A stretch of DNA of 62,903 nt, filler included, from Reclinomonas americana ATCC 50394 (lineage: Eukaryota): NCBI GenBank assembly GCA_048213135.1. It is 21 parts of 21 records of this genome, joined end to end, with 100 filler letters (N's around TTAATTAATTAA, not from the genome) between each part and the next. Parts side by side here need not be neighbours in the genome. Positions count along the whole stretch, not along the records: positions 34,748 to 36,335 come from AFZH01023885.1; positions 36,436 to 39,306 come from AFZH01023888.1; positions 39,407 to 41,534 come from AFZH01023890.1; positions 41,635 to 42,760 come from AFZH01023893.1; positions 42,861 to 49,650 come from AFZH01023894.1; 16 more parts are not named here. One strand, given 5' to 3'. The notes under the pieces were generated by a model, which was given only the letters and a program-made list of their open reading frames with translations, had not been told where the DNA came from and made no database searches. The position numbers and the translations under genes were made by a program. Positions 34,648-44,786 of this stretch are shown here, piece by piece; positions within the stretch are counted from its first letter, which is position 1, and the number at the start of each line of letters is the position of its first letter.

Positions 34648-34959
34648 NNNNNNNNNNNNNNNNNNNNNNNNNNNNNNNNNNNNNNNNNNNNTTAATTAAT
34701 TAANNNNNNNNNNNNNNNNNNNNNNNNNNNNNNNNNNNNNNNNNNNNAATGAGTGAGCGAGGCAGACGCGGTTGGTTTCCCATCCACACCGCAAGGCGCA
34801 CATACGCAAGTACCTCCAAAAGATGCCTATGTCGCCACATCCAGCAAATCTACCTCTTTTCTCCTTCTCCTCCTCACTCCTCCTCCTCAAGGGGAAGATG
34901 ATGAAACGGCACAACAACAATGACTGAGGGCCGCAAACGAAATTCGGTAGAGGCGAATT

Positions 34960-35340
34960 GGGATCAATAATCGTCCAGCAGACGGAGGTGGCGGTGGAGG
35001 TGCGAGTCGCGCTCCATGAGTGTCTCTTGCATCATCAACGAGAGCGTCTGTGCGAGCAGGAAACCATGCTGATGAGCACGCAGCGTGAGAAGAGAGAAAA
35101 AAAGAGAGAAACAAGACGATGGGCTGCTGCCAGAGTGGAGGCTTCTCTTTTCTTCATCTCTTTAACGACCAGTCTTTCTCTCTCTCTCTCCCCACACCGA
35201 CACCGCTTCTTGCGTCAAGTACACGAAGATTGATCTTCCTTCTGTGTTCTGCAAGCCAACGGCTCAAAATGGCAACAACAGCAACCACACACACGATCAC
35301 GAAGACATTCACTCGTTGCGCATCGGAAGAATAGAAAACG
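34960..35340 (-). CDS. Probable 3' exons of a eukaryotic membrane protein
   Basis: RVNVFVIVCVVAVVAILSRWLAEHRRKINLRV, then TLSLMMQETLMERDSHLHRHLRLLDDY-stop, separated by pyrimidine-rich intron-like DNA. Confidence 0.35.
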
Positions 35341-35379
35341 GGACAAGCGGCGGACAGCACGGCCGTGAGAACGAAGTGG

Positions 35380-36335
35380 GTAGAGAGAGAAGAGAGAAGA
35401 GAAAGAGAGTAGGGATGACGAATGAGGGAAGGAAGAGTGAATAAAGAAAGGATGGAGAAGGAATTGAGCGGCCGGGGGGATGAAGAAGGAAAGGAGCTCA
35501 AGCGGGAAAGAGGCGAAGAAGGAAAGGATGCGTAATGGGGAGAGGAACGAGGGAGGGGTGAAGAAGGACAGGAGTGGGGAAGAAGAAGAGGCGAAGAAGG
35601 AAGGGATGCAGAGGAAAAAGAGCGGTGAAGAAAAAAGAGAGCGGGAGTGGGAACAGGAAGAAAAAGAGAGAGGGGCGAAGAAGGAGCAGAGGGAAAGGAA
35701 TGGGGGAGAAAAAGGAGAGGGAGTGGGAAGAGGAAGAAAAAAGAGAGAGGCGAAGAAGGAAGGGATAAAGAGGGAAAGGAGCGCGCGAGGAAGAGGGAAG
35801 GGAGTGGGAAGAGGAAGAAGAAGAGAAAGAGGCGAAGAAGGAAAGGATAAAGAGAGAAAGGAGCGCGCGAGGAAGAGGAAGAAAGCCGAAACGATATATA
35901 GACAGAGAAAGAAGGCAGGAATATGAATGGCGGTGATATGCAACGATGGAGGAAAGGAGAGAGGCGCGCGGTAGGAGAGCAAGGGAGACAGGAAGAAGAA
36001 AGACAGAGAAAAAAGGTGGCGCGAGAGAGATAAAGTCGAGAAAGGAAAGGAAGGAGCGTGATCAGCAAACGGCCGATAATCACCGCCACACACGCACACA
36101 TACGGTGAAGAGGTACATGGAGAAGGAATAGAGGGAGAGAAAGGAAGGCAGCGCGGGAGAAGAGACGCAAAGAGAGAGCGAGAGAGTGTGCAATGCAGGC
36201 GGGGCGGCGGAATAACGGCATGAACACGCGGTGCACTGGCGAATCCATGCACGAAGACATTCAGGAAGGGGGAAAGGGAGGAGAAGAGGGCGAAGAGAGA
36301 GGAAGGGAGGAAGGAAGGGGAAGAGGTAGAGAGAG
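35380..36335 (+). repeat. ~1-kb low-complexity polypurine tract
   Basis: Almost entirely G/A, with recurring GAGGCGAAGAAGGAA and GGGAGTGGGAAGAGGAAG. Confidence 0.85.
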
Positions 36336-36435
36336 NNNNNNNNNNNNNNNNNNNNNNNNNNNNNNNNNNNNNNNNNNNNTTAATTAATTAANNNNNNNNN
36401 NNNNNNNNNNNNNNNNNNNNNNNNNNNNNNNNNNN

Positions 36436-36952
36436 GGTCGGGCCGATCGACATCCTGGTCAACAATGCCGGCACACAGCGGCGCGGTGCCTTCGTCGAGT
36501 TCCCGGCCGAGGACTGGCATTTCCTGATGGCGACGAACCTGCATTCGGTGTTCTACGTCACCCAGGCGGTGGCCAAGCGCATGGCGCCGCGCAACCGCGG
36601 CAAGATCGTCAATATCGGCTCGGTGATGAGCAAGCTCGGCCGGCCGAGCATCGTGCCCTACACGGCGTCGAAGGGCGCGGTCGCCCTGATGACGCAGGGG
36701 CTCGCCGCCGAGCTCGGCAAGCACAACATCCAAGTCAATGCGATCGGCCCCGGCTATTTCGTCACCGAGCTGAACCAGGCCCTGCTCGCCGACGAGACCT
36801 TCTCGAACTGGGTCAAGAGCCGCGCTCCGGTCGGCCGCTGGGGCGAGACCAAGGAGCTGGCGGGGGCGGCGATCTTCCTGTCCTCGGAAGCCTCCGACTA
36901 TGTCAGCGGCCATCTGCTGATGGTCGATGGCGGTTTGACCGCGGTGGTGTGA
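36436..36952 (+). CDS. Gluconate 5-dehydrogenase-like SDR (5'-truncated)
   Basis: IDILVNNAG, GKIVNIGSV, YTASKGAV, NAIGPGYFVTELNQAL, GRWG, VDGG. Confidence 0.85.
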
Positions 36953-36960
36953 GGCCGGAC

Positions 36961-37051
36961 CGTCATTGCGAGCGTAGCGAAGCAATCCAGGAGCGATAGC
37001 ACTCGACGTCTTCCTGGATTGCTTCGTCGGCTGCGCCTCCTCGCAATGACG
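36961..37051. repeat. Alphaproteobacterial REP-like palindromic element
   Basis: CGTCATTGCGAG..GAAGCAATCCAGGA..TCCTGGATTGCTTC..CTCGCAATGACG nested inverted repeats between convergent genes; may act as a terminator. Confidence 0.88.
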
Positions 37052-37061
37052 GGAGAGCCGG

Positions 37062-37751
37062 TCAGCTCTTCAAGAACGCATTCTGCGGGAAAAGGATCTT
37101 CCGCGCCTCATCGTCGACCTCGGTCTTCCAGGCGAACCTGTCCTTGAGCGCGACGGCCCGCTGCGCCGCCGGCCGGGCCGAGATTTCGTCGAGATGGCGC
37201 CGAACATTCGATAGCTTGGCGAAAGCCTCGTCGCCGAGGGCGAACTGCGCCCGCGTCGCCCAGCCCCAGACCGCCATGTCGATTAGGGTGTAGTCGTCGC
37301 CGAGCATGTAGCGGTGCTTGCCGAGCTGGTCGTCGAGGATACCCCAATGCCGCTCGGCCTCGCGGGCATAGCGGTTGATCGCATAGGGCACCTTCTCCGG
37401 CGCGAAGCGCGAGAAGTGCACGGTCTGGCCGGTATAGGGGCCGATGCCGGTCGCGACGAACATCAGCCAGGACAGCATCTGGCCGCGCATTTCGGCTGTG
37501 TCCGGCGGCAGGAACTGCCCGGTCTTTTCGGCGAGGTAGAGCAGGATGGCGTTGCTGTCGAAGATGCTGACGTCGCCATCGGTCAGGGCCGGGGTCTTGC
37601 CGTTCGGGTTGATGGCGAGGAAATCCGGCTTGAACTGGTCACCCTTGCGGGTATCGACCGGCACGAGCTCATAGGGCAGCCCGGCTTCCTCCAGGAAGAG
37701 CGCAATTTTCGCCGGGTTCGGCGAAGGGTGGTAGTAGAAGCGGATCATCAT
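37062..37751 (-). CDS. Glutathione S-transferase (YfcG/Nu-like)
   Basis: SPNPAKIALFLEE, INPNGKTPAL, FDSNAILLYLAEK, YTLIDMAVWGW. Confidence 0.93.
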   Translation of the reverse strand: MMIRFYYHPSPNPAKIALFLEEAGLPYELVPVDTRKGDQFKPDFLAINPNGKTPALTDGDVSIFDSNAILLYLAEKTGQFLPPDTAEMRGQMLSWLMFVATGIGPYTGQTVHFSRFAPEKVPYAINRYAREAERHWGILDDQLGKHRYMLGDDYTLIDMAVWGWATRAQFALGDEAFAKLSNVRRHLDEISARPAAQRAVALKDRFAWKTEVDDEARKILFPQNAFLKS

Positions 37752-37771
37752 TGGTCTCCTGGGTGGAAGGC

Positions 37772-38515
37772 TCAGCGGCGCGCCGCGACGTAAGGAACGA
37801 GCTCGGTCAGGGCGGAAATGGTGAGATCGGCGCCTGCACCGAGCTGCTCCTCCTGCATGCGCAGCGCCTTGAACAGGCTCTTGGGCCCGATCACCGCTGC
37901 GCCTGAGAGTTCGTCGCGCAGGGCCTGCAAGGTTACACGCTCGATGCGCGCCACCGTCATGCCGTAGGCCTTGGCGCCGGCGATGTCGAAGCCGTTGGAG
38001 GAGACGAACAGGATCTCGTCGCGCGTCAGCCCGAGCCGGTCCTCGACCAGGCGATAGCCGCGCGGATCGGGCTTGTAGGTCCTGACCTCGTCGACGCTGA
38101 TCACGGTTTCCAGCAGCCCGTCGATGCCGGCCTGCCTGGTGAGATTAGTCAGCATGGCCGGGCTGCCGTTGGAGAAGATGGCGAGACGCGTCGGTGCAAG
38201 GCCCTGCAGCGCAGCCATTGCTTCGGGATAGAGCGCGAGCGCGTCATAGGCCGCGGCGATGCGGGCAAGGAGATCGGGCGTGGTTTCGAGGCCGAGGGTC
38301 TTCAGCGTGAAGTCGAGCGAGGCCTGCGTCACGCTCCAGAAGTCCTCGTAATGGCCCATCAGCGCACGCAGCCAAGTGTATTCGAGCTGCTTCAGCCGCC
38401 AGATCTGGGTGATGGTCTCGCCATGGCCCGGAAAGGCATCCTCGGTAATGCCGGCGACCGACTGGACGTCGAACAGGGTTCCATAGGCATCGAAGACGAC
38501 GGCCTTGATCGGCAT
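37772..38515 (-). CDS. Haloacid dehalogenase type II
   Basis: FDAYGTLFDV, WRLKQLEYTW, SNG, YKPDP, FVSSNGFDIAGA. Confidence 0.93.
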   Translation of the reverse strand: MPIKAVVFDAYGTLFDVQSVAGITEDAFPGHGETITQIWRLKQLEYTWLRALMGHYEDFWSVTQASLDFTLKTLGLETTPDLLARIAAAYDALALYPEAMAALQGLAPTRLAIFSNGSPAMLTNLTRQAGIDGLLETVISVDEVRTYKPDPRGYRLVEDRLGLTRDEILFVSSNGFDIAGAKAYGMTVARIERVTLQALRDELSGAAVIGPKSLFKALRMQEEQLGAGADLTISALTELVPYVAARR

Positions 38516-38538
38516 GGCAATCTTCCCTTCTCAAACTC

Positions 38539-38652
38539 AGCCCTCATCCTGAGGAGTGCCGAAGGCACGTCTCGAAGGATGTTCCAGTTGCCTCATGAGC
38601 CTGCTGAAACATCCTTCGAGACGCCGCATTGCGGCTCCTCAGGATGAGGGCT
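38539..38652. repeat. Second REP-like palindromic element (different family)
   Basis: AGCCCTCATCCTGAGGAG..CGTCTCGAAGGATGTT..AACATCCTTCGAGACG..CTCCTCAGGATGAGGGCT. Confidence 0.88.
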
Positions 38653-38749
38653 TTGAGGAACCGCTGCGCTATTCTTAGCGCTCGCCTTGGCCGCGCGGAG
38701 CATGATATCCGCACAAGCACTTGTTCGCAGACGCACAGGATATACGCGC

Positions 38750-39306
38750 ATGTCCAGCCGCCCCGTCATGCTGATGATCCTCGATGGCTGGGGCTGGCGC
38801 GACGACAAGGACAACAACGCTGTCCTGCTGGCGAAGACCCCGAATTTCGACCGGTTCTGGGCCTCCTCGCCGCACGCCTTCCTGCGCACCTCCGGCCTCG
38901 ATGTCGGCCTGCCCGAGGGCCAGATGGGCAATTCGGAGGTCGGCCACCTCAATTTGGGCGCCGGCCGCGTCGTGATGCAGGACCTGCCGCGGATCCACCA
39001 GGCGGTCGCAGACGGCACGCTGAAACAGGCGCTCGACGAGAGCGGGCTGATCGACCGCCTGAAGGCCAGCGGCGGCACCTGCCATATCCTCGGCCTGGTC
39101 TCGCCGGGCGGCGTCCACGCCCATCAGGACCATGCCGTGGCGCTGGCGAAGCTCGTCGTCGCTGCCGGCGTGCCGGCGGTGGTCCACGTTTTCACCGACG
39201 GGCGCGATACCCCGCCGCGCTCGGCGGCCGAGTATGTCGCGGCGCTCGAGGCGGCGCTGCCGCCTGAAGTCAGGGTCGCGACGGTCAGCGGCCGCTATTA
39301 CGCGAT
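38750..39306 (+). CDS. gpmI: 2,3-bisphosphoglycerate-independent phosphoglycerate mutase (3'-truncated)
   Basis: PVMLMILDGWG, VGLPEGQMGNSEVGHLNLGAGR, GGVH, DGRDTPP, SGRYYA. Confidence 0.96.
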
Positions 39307-39406
39307 NNNNNNNNNNNNNNNNNNNNNNNNNNNNNNNNNNNNNNNNNNNNTTAATTAATTAANNNNNNNNNNNNNNNNNNNNNNNNNNNNNNNNNNNNNN
39401 NNNNNN

Positions 39407-40361
39407 CGAAAAGGCCAATATCCTGGCGACGATCGGGCCCGATGAGCCGGGCGGCATCGTCCTCTCCGGCCATACCGATGTCGTCCCGGTCGACGATCAG
39501 GACTGGATAAGCGATCCATTCTCGCTCGCGAGCCGGGATGGGCGACTGCATGGCCGCGGCGCCGTCGACATGAAGGGCTTCGTCGCGGCCTGTCTCGCTG
39601 CCGTTCCGGGCTGGCAGGCTCAAAGGTTGCGGCGGCCGATCCATCTGGCCCTGTCCTATGACGAGGAGGTCGGCTGCCTCGGCGTTCCCCTGCTGATCGC
39701 CGACATGCTGGCGCATTGCCAGCTTCCGGCACTCGCCATCATCGGTGAGCCAACGCAGATGCGGATCGGGCTCAGCCATCGCGGCTTCTACGGCTATCGC
39801 AGCGTCTTCCACGGCCGCGCCGCCCATTCCAGCGATCCGCGTCTGGGCGTCAGCGCGATCGAGCCGGCTGCGGCATTCGTCGCGGCGCTTGCTGGTCTCG
39901 GAGGGGGCGAAGGCGGAATGACCGTCAACATTGGCAAGATCGCCGGCGGCAGCGCCATCAACATCGTTCCCGAACGCTGCGAGGTCGTCTGGGAATTCCG
40001 GCCGCCAGACGAGGCCGCTGTCGGTGCCGTGGTTGCCGAGGTCGAGCGCTTCGCGGCCGAGCTGCCCGCCGGAGTGAGCGTCGAGACGATGCCACTGGCG
40101 CGTGTGCTGCCGCTCGACTGTGCGGCGAGCAGTCCAGCTGTCGGAGTGGCACGCGACCTTGGCTGCTTATGGCCGCCGATCGCGATGCCGTTCGGGACCG
40201 AGGCCGGTTTCTTCCAGCAGGCTGGGATTCCGGCTCTGGTTTGTGGCCCAGGCTCGATCGCGCAGGCGCATCAGCCGAACGAGTGGATCGCACGCGCCGA
40301 ACTGGAGGCCGCGGATCGATTTCTCGCGCGCATCGGCGGTTGGGCGGCAGCCGGGCGTTGA
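39407..40361 (+). CDS. argE: Acetylornithine deacetylase, M20 family (5'-truncated)
   Basis: LSGHTDVVP, GRGAVDMKGF, SYDEEVGCLG, IGEPT, FGTEAG, GPGSIAQAHQPNE. Confidence 0.9.
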
Positions 40362-40399
40362 GACTGGCTTTCCGGGTTTGGCTTGTGCCTTTTTTGTCG

Positions 40400-40445
40400 C
40401 TATTGTTCCCAAAAAGAATAATACAAGAATTATTGGGAGCAATAG
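40400..40445. promoter_or_regulatory. 13-bp inverted repeat, candidate operator
   Basis: CTATTGTTCCCAA-N20-TTGGGAGCAATAG (one mismatch) in an AT-rich gap 10 nt upstream of the HTH gene. Confidence 0.6.
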
Positions 40446-40455
40446 GGATGTTTGG

Positions 40456-40869
40456 ATGAATGTATTCCATACCGTCGAGCAGGTCGCGGAGCGCCTCGGA
40501 CTGCATCCAAAGACCGTGCTCCGCTTCATTCGTGAAGGCCGGCTTCGCGCGACCCGGGTCGGCAAGTCCTATCGCATCGTCGCCTCCGATCTGGACGCCT
40601 TTGCCGGCGTGGATACGTCTGCCGCGAAGCGCTCCGTTCGCGTGACGTCGATCCTGGAGGTGGGCGATCTCGATCTCGACCGGGCGCAGACAATCGCGAC
40701 CTTCCTGAGCGCGGCGATCATGAGCACAGAGGCAAGGCCAGATGCGATCCAGCTGACGACAGCATTCGATGGCGCGGCCAGACTTCTCAAGGTCGTTATC
40801 ATCGGCTCGCCGGCCGATACAGCCCAGCTGCTCCAGCTTGCCCAGGTCCAGCTGGAGAACCTGCGATGA
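40456..40869 (+). CDS. Excisionase-like (HTH_17) DNA-binding regulator with small C-terminal domain
   Basis: TVEQVAERLGLHPKTVLRFIREGRLRATRVGKSYRI. Confidence 0.85.
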   Translation: MNVFHTVEQVAERLGLHPKTVLRFIREGRLRATRVGKSYRIVASDLDAFAGVDTSAAKRSVRVTSILEVGDLDLDRAQTIATFLSAAIMSTEARPDAIQLTTAFDGAARLLKVVIIGSPADTAQLLQLAQVQLENLR

Positions 40870-41534
40870 CGACGGGGGCTTTCCGCTCAGCCGAGGGAGC
40901 CGAGACCGTACGGCGTCTCTATCGCAAGGTGCTGGACGGCTGGCCGGTGCCGGTCTGCGAATTGCGCCTGCCCACGCGCCAGGGCGAGACCTTCGTGCTG
41001 GCCTTTGGCCGGGAAGATGGGCCGCCGGTCGTCCTCCTCCACGGCGCGCAGGCCAATGCCGCGGCCTGGATTCTCGATGCGATGCCCTGGGCCGAGCATT
41101 TTAGGCTCTATGCCGTCGACATGATCGGGGAGGCCGGTTTCAGCGCGCCCTCCCGTCCGCCTCTTGCTTCGGACGCGCATGCGCTCTGGCTCGACGATGT
41201 CATGTCCGAGCTTGGCCTGTCGCGAGCCGCGGTGGTCGGGGTCTCGCTCGGCGGCTGGCTGGCGCTGGACTATGCCAATCGCCGGCCGGATTTTGTCGAG
41301 CGGCTCGCCCTGATCTGCCCCGCCGGAATTGGGCGGCAGAAGAACTTCCTGCTGCGGGCGGCGCCCCTGCTCCTCCTCGGCTCATGGGGAAAGCGACGGA
41401 TGCGCGAGCTCGTCCTGGGGCCTTCCGTAACCGAGCCGCCGGAGGCGCTGAAGCCTCTCATCGCCCTGATGCAAGCGATCGGGCGCTCGATCCGGCTTCG
41501 CCTGGAGACGATACCACGCCTGAGCGACGCCGAG
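40866..41534 (+). CDS. Alpha/beta hydrolase (3'-truncated)
   Basis: ATGA overlap; VVLLHG, YAVDMIGEAGFS and nucleophile elbow GVSLGG. Confidence 0.9.
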
Positions 41535-41634
41535 NNNNNNNNNNNNNNNNNNNNNNNNNNNNNNNNNNNNNNNNNNNNTTAATTAATTAANNNNNNNNNN
41601 NNNNNNNNNNNNNNNNNNNNNNNNNNNNNNNNNN

Positions 41635-41828
41635 CCCGGATTGGTCATGAAGGCGGTGAGCAAGCCCGCCTGCAGGATGAAGATCAGGAAGCCGATCAGC
41701 GCGAGGAAGACCAGCGCGCGGAGGACATAGCGCAGCGGGCGGGAGAAGCGGAACGTCTGCGGCCGACTGGGCGCCGTCGCTGGGGGCTCCAGCGGCGGGA
41801 CCTCCGGGGCCGCCTCGTCATTGGCCAT
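41635..41828 (-). CDS. Hypothetical membrane protein N-terminus (3'-truncated)
   Basis: Pro-rich start followed by YVLRALVFLALIGFLIFILQAGLL; GC-rich codon usage. Confidence 0.5.
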
Positions 41829-41960
41829 GCCTGCTCATCCGATCCGGTTTCGTCGCGGGGGCGACTGTCGCCTCCCGCCACGCCGGGATCAAGCGGGAAA
41901 GCGGCTTTTGCAGATCAAGTTCCTCAAGGCGATGACAATTCGCCGTCAGGCGAGGGTGAG

Positions 41961-42689
41961 TCAGGGCGATGCCGGGGACGAGATAGCTTCGGACTTGCTC
42001 TCGATCGCTTCGCTTATCAGCCAACCCTCGACGGCGTTGCGCAGGTCGCTATAGGCTGCTTTCACCGCAAGTCCGGACGCGGTCTGTAGCGCAACGGTAG
42101 CCCAGAGCAAATTCGTCATCAAATTTGTCTTCGAGCTGTGAATTTCGAACAGCTTGGCCCTTCTCTCCCACTGTCCAGACGATTCTTTCTGAATAAATTC
42201 AAATACTGAATCGTGATAATTAAATATTATTAATAGCCAAATAAAAGCTATGATAAAAAATGGAACCATATAAAGAAACGAAATTGCAGTGTATTCTCGA
42301 ATTAACCTGTCAATTTTGCTGTTTATGAGTGGTGTCATATCTTGCTGCGATGACATTTCGCTGATCGCTGCGAACTCTTTGAGGAGCGCGTTCTCAATGC
42401 GATCTGTCCGCGCGCGCTTGGGAGCGCGCCCTGGTGCTGCCGACGACAAGAAGCGAGCGGCTTTGTTGATCTTCCACAGCTCTCGTGATGCCAGGATTGG
42501 CAGCACTGCAAAAGCGAGCAGCGTCGCATTAAGTGCTATGTCAAAAATTGGTATTGGGTGAGTATCAAGGATGGCAGCAAGGTTGCTTATTATCGTAAGT
42601 TGATTTACAACAAGGAAGATCGTTATGTATTCATAGAATTGCTGATTTCTATTGTTCCTGCTGTAGAATGCAATCAGTTTCTCCAGCAT
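41961..42689 (-). CDS. AT-rich multi-pass membrane protein of unknown function
   Basis: 242-aa open frame with about four hydrophobic segments; composition is unlike the flanking genes. Confidence 0.65.
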   Translation of the reverse strand: MLEKLIAFYSRNNRNQQFYEYITIFLVVNQLTIISNLAAILDTHPIPIFDIALNATLLAFAVLPILASRELWKINKAARFLSSAAPGRAPKRARTDRIENALLKEFAAISEMSSQQDMTPLINSKIDRLIREYTAISFLYMVPFFIIAFIWLLIIFNYHDSVFEFIQKESSGQWERRAKLFEIHSSKTNLMTNLLWATVALQTASGLAVKAAYSDLRNAVEGWLISEAIESKSEAISSPASP

Positions 42690-43128
42690 TTACGTGCCTT
42701 CTGCTCATCCGAGGTGGCCTGCCCGGCAAAGTCTCGTCGGGCTGGCTTGCGCAACTCATGNNNNNNNNNNNNNNNNNNNNNNNNNNNNNNNNNNNNNNNN
42801 NNNNTTAATTAATTAANNNNNNNNNNNNNNNNNNNNNNNNNNNNNNNNNNNNNNNNNNNNGGCGCGTGCGTATGTTTTTCTTTCTTTTTTTTTTACCTTG
42901 TCCATGGTGTGAGTAAATGAGAGTGTGCTTGTACAACGTCGTGTCGTCGTCCCCCTCTCGTTTCAATCTAATCATTCGTTCAACAGCAGCAGATGGTGCT
43001 CCACATCAACCTGCCCAAAGGTCACAACCCTCTTCCCTGTCTCTCGTCCCTCCTCCACGCTCACTCACACTCAACTTGCAGAGTTATACTCGCGACTCGT
43101 GTTTCTGCATCGCCTTCCGAGTGCCGAG

Positions 43129-44771
43129 ATGAGCAGGCCCTCGGCGGGTCTCATTCGCGGGTGGATCACTGTCGGTGCCTCTGCCAAGCACGCCACCATC
43201 ACAGTTGAGTGCACCTCTCATGCACAGACATGCGCGTAGGTGCGCTGATTGATGCATTGTGCATGCAGGGATTCACGCCAGTCATGTCAGACGAGGACGC
43301 GATGCAGTTGTACACCGAGTCACTGGTGACTCCGGGAGCAGAGCAGTTCCTTGGCTGGTTCCTGGTGTGTCTCTCTGTCTCTCTGCACTCAAACCAGTGC
43401 GCATGTGGTGACAACGTGTTGCAGGTGTTTGATGACTCGAGCCTGACGACGATCAAGCGAGCGCAGGAGGAACGCGAGGCGTGGTGGACATCGCTGCAGT
43501 TGGCGTGTGTGGAACGCACCAAGGATGTGCCGCGGCTCGGCCAGTGCCTGGAGCTGCTCGACGAGTGCTTCTGCTTGCAGGTGTTTGTCGGCGTGGCGCA
43601 GGAGACTGGTGGATCGTTGTTCAAGATGGAGACGCAGGTGGGGTGTTTTGAGATCGTGAGAGGAGAGAGAGTGGGAGTGAGTCTGCATGCTGATGGAGTC
43701 GAGCAGGTTCATGGGTACTATGCGTCACGGGAGCACTTGGTGGCATTGCTAGAGACGGTTGCGCCGGGAGCAGCAGCAGCAGCAGCGGCAGCAGCAGCGG
43801 CGACAGCGGCTTCCTCAGCTGCAACCACAGAGCCGTCGGCGTCCGCCTTCTCAGAGGAGCCAGCGTCGTCGTCGATGGTGATGGATGTCACCGAGGTGGA
43901 GATGGTCTGCGAAGTCACCCCGAACACAGAGCGGACGGCGAGACGATTGCAAGAGGAGGAGGATGCGGCGTTGGCGGCGGCGCTGGCAGCCGAGGACTCG
44001 GATGGTGGCGGCCCGCCAAAGAAGCGGCGAGCCACCTCGGCTGCCGCCAGTGGCACGGGCAAGCGAGGCAAGCGTGCTGGCAAAGCGGGCAAGAGGGCGG
44101 CCAAGGCCGCGGCTGTGGAGATCACCGAGGTGCACGATGACGGCTCGTTCCATGTGCAAAACGGAGGCGATGCCGCAGAGTCGGCCGATGCCGAGAAGCA
44201 GCCGACGATTCTGAGCATGTTTGGAAGGGTGCGTTGCTCACTTGTTTTTGCTGTTTTCTCATTCCTACGTCTCACCGTGCTTGTCCCTCTCTCTCTCTCT
44301 CTCTGATAGAGCACACGCAGTTCGTCGGGCGCCTCCTCGTCGTCAACGGCGACCGGCGGCGGCAAGAAGCGTCGCATCGATGTGCAGACACGCAAGGACA
44401 TTTCGCTCATTGTGCGCACGGGCTTTGCGGGCGATTTGCACATGCAGAGCGAGCGATGGAAGGCAGGTGCTGTGGTGGGCGATTCTGCGGCCGTCGTGAA
44501 GGGCGAGGAGGGAGCGGCCAGCGGTGCTGGCGAGTGCAGCTGCTCTTCCTCTTCTTCGGTGGCATCCAGCCGACTCGCAAATGCCGCGCTGTTGGGAACT
44601 GTGCTGCGGCAGAGCAACGAGGCGGTGGTGGCCGCCATTCGCAAAGAGCTCGAGGAGCTGGCCGCCATGGCCGACGAGTACGAGCGCGAGTGTGCCGGCC
44701 TACCTCTACCGCACTTGCTACCGCCCGCACAGCCGCAGCCTGAGCAACCGGAACCGGAACAGGGTCGATAA
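43129..44771 (+). CDS. Multi-exon eukaryotic protein with UIM/MIU-like motif, basic NLS and C-terminal coiled coil; N-terminus possibly MPN-like
   Basis: Exons MSRPSAGLIRGWITVG..ATIT|GFTP..QFLGWFL|VFDD.., then ARRLQEEEDAALAAALAAED, PPKKRR and VAAIRKELEELAAMADEYERE. Confidence 0.6.
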
Positions 44772-44786
44772 TAAAAGCACCGGTAT

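Noticed and set aside
40456..40869. Prophage or ICE excisionase
   Set aside because: No integrase, att site or phage gene is nearby, and it is coupled to a hydrolase.
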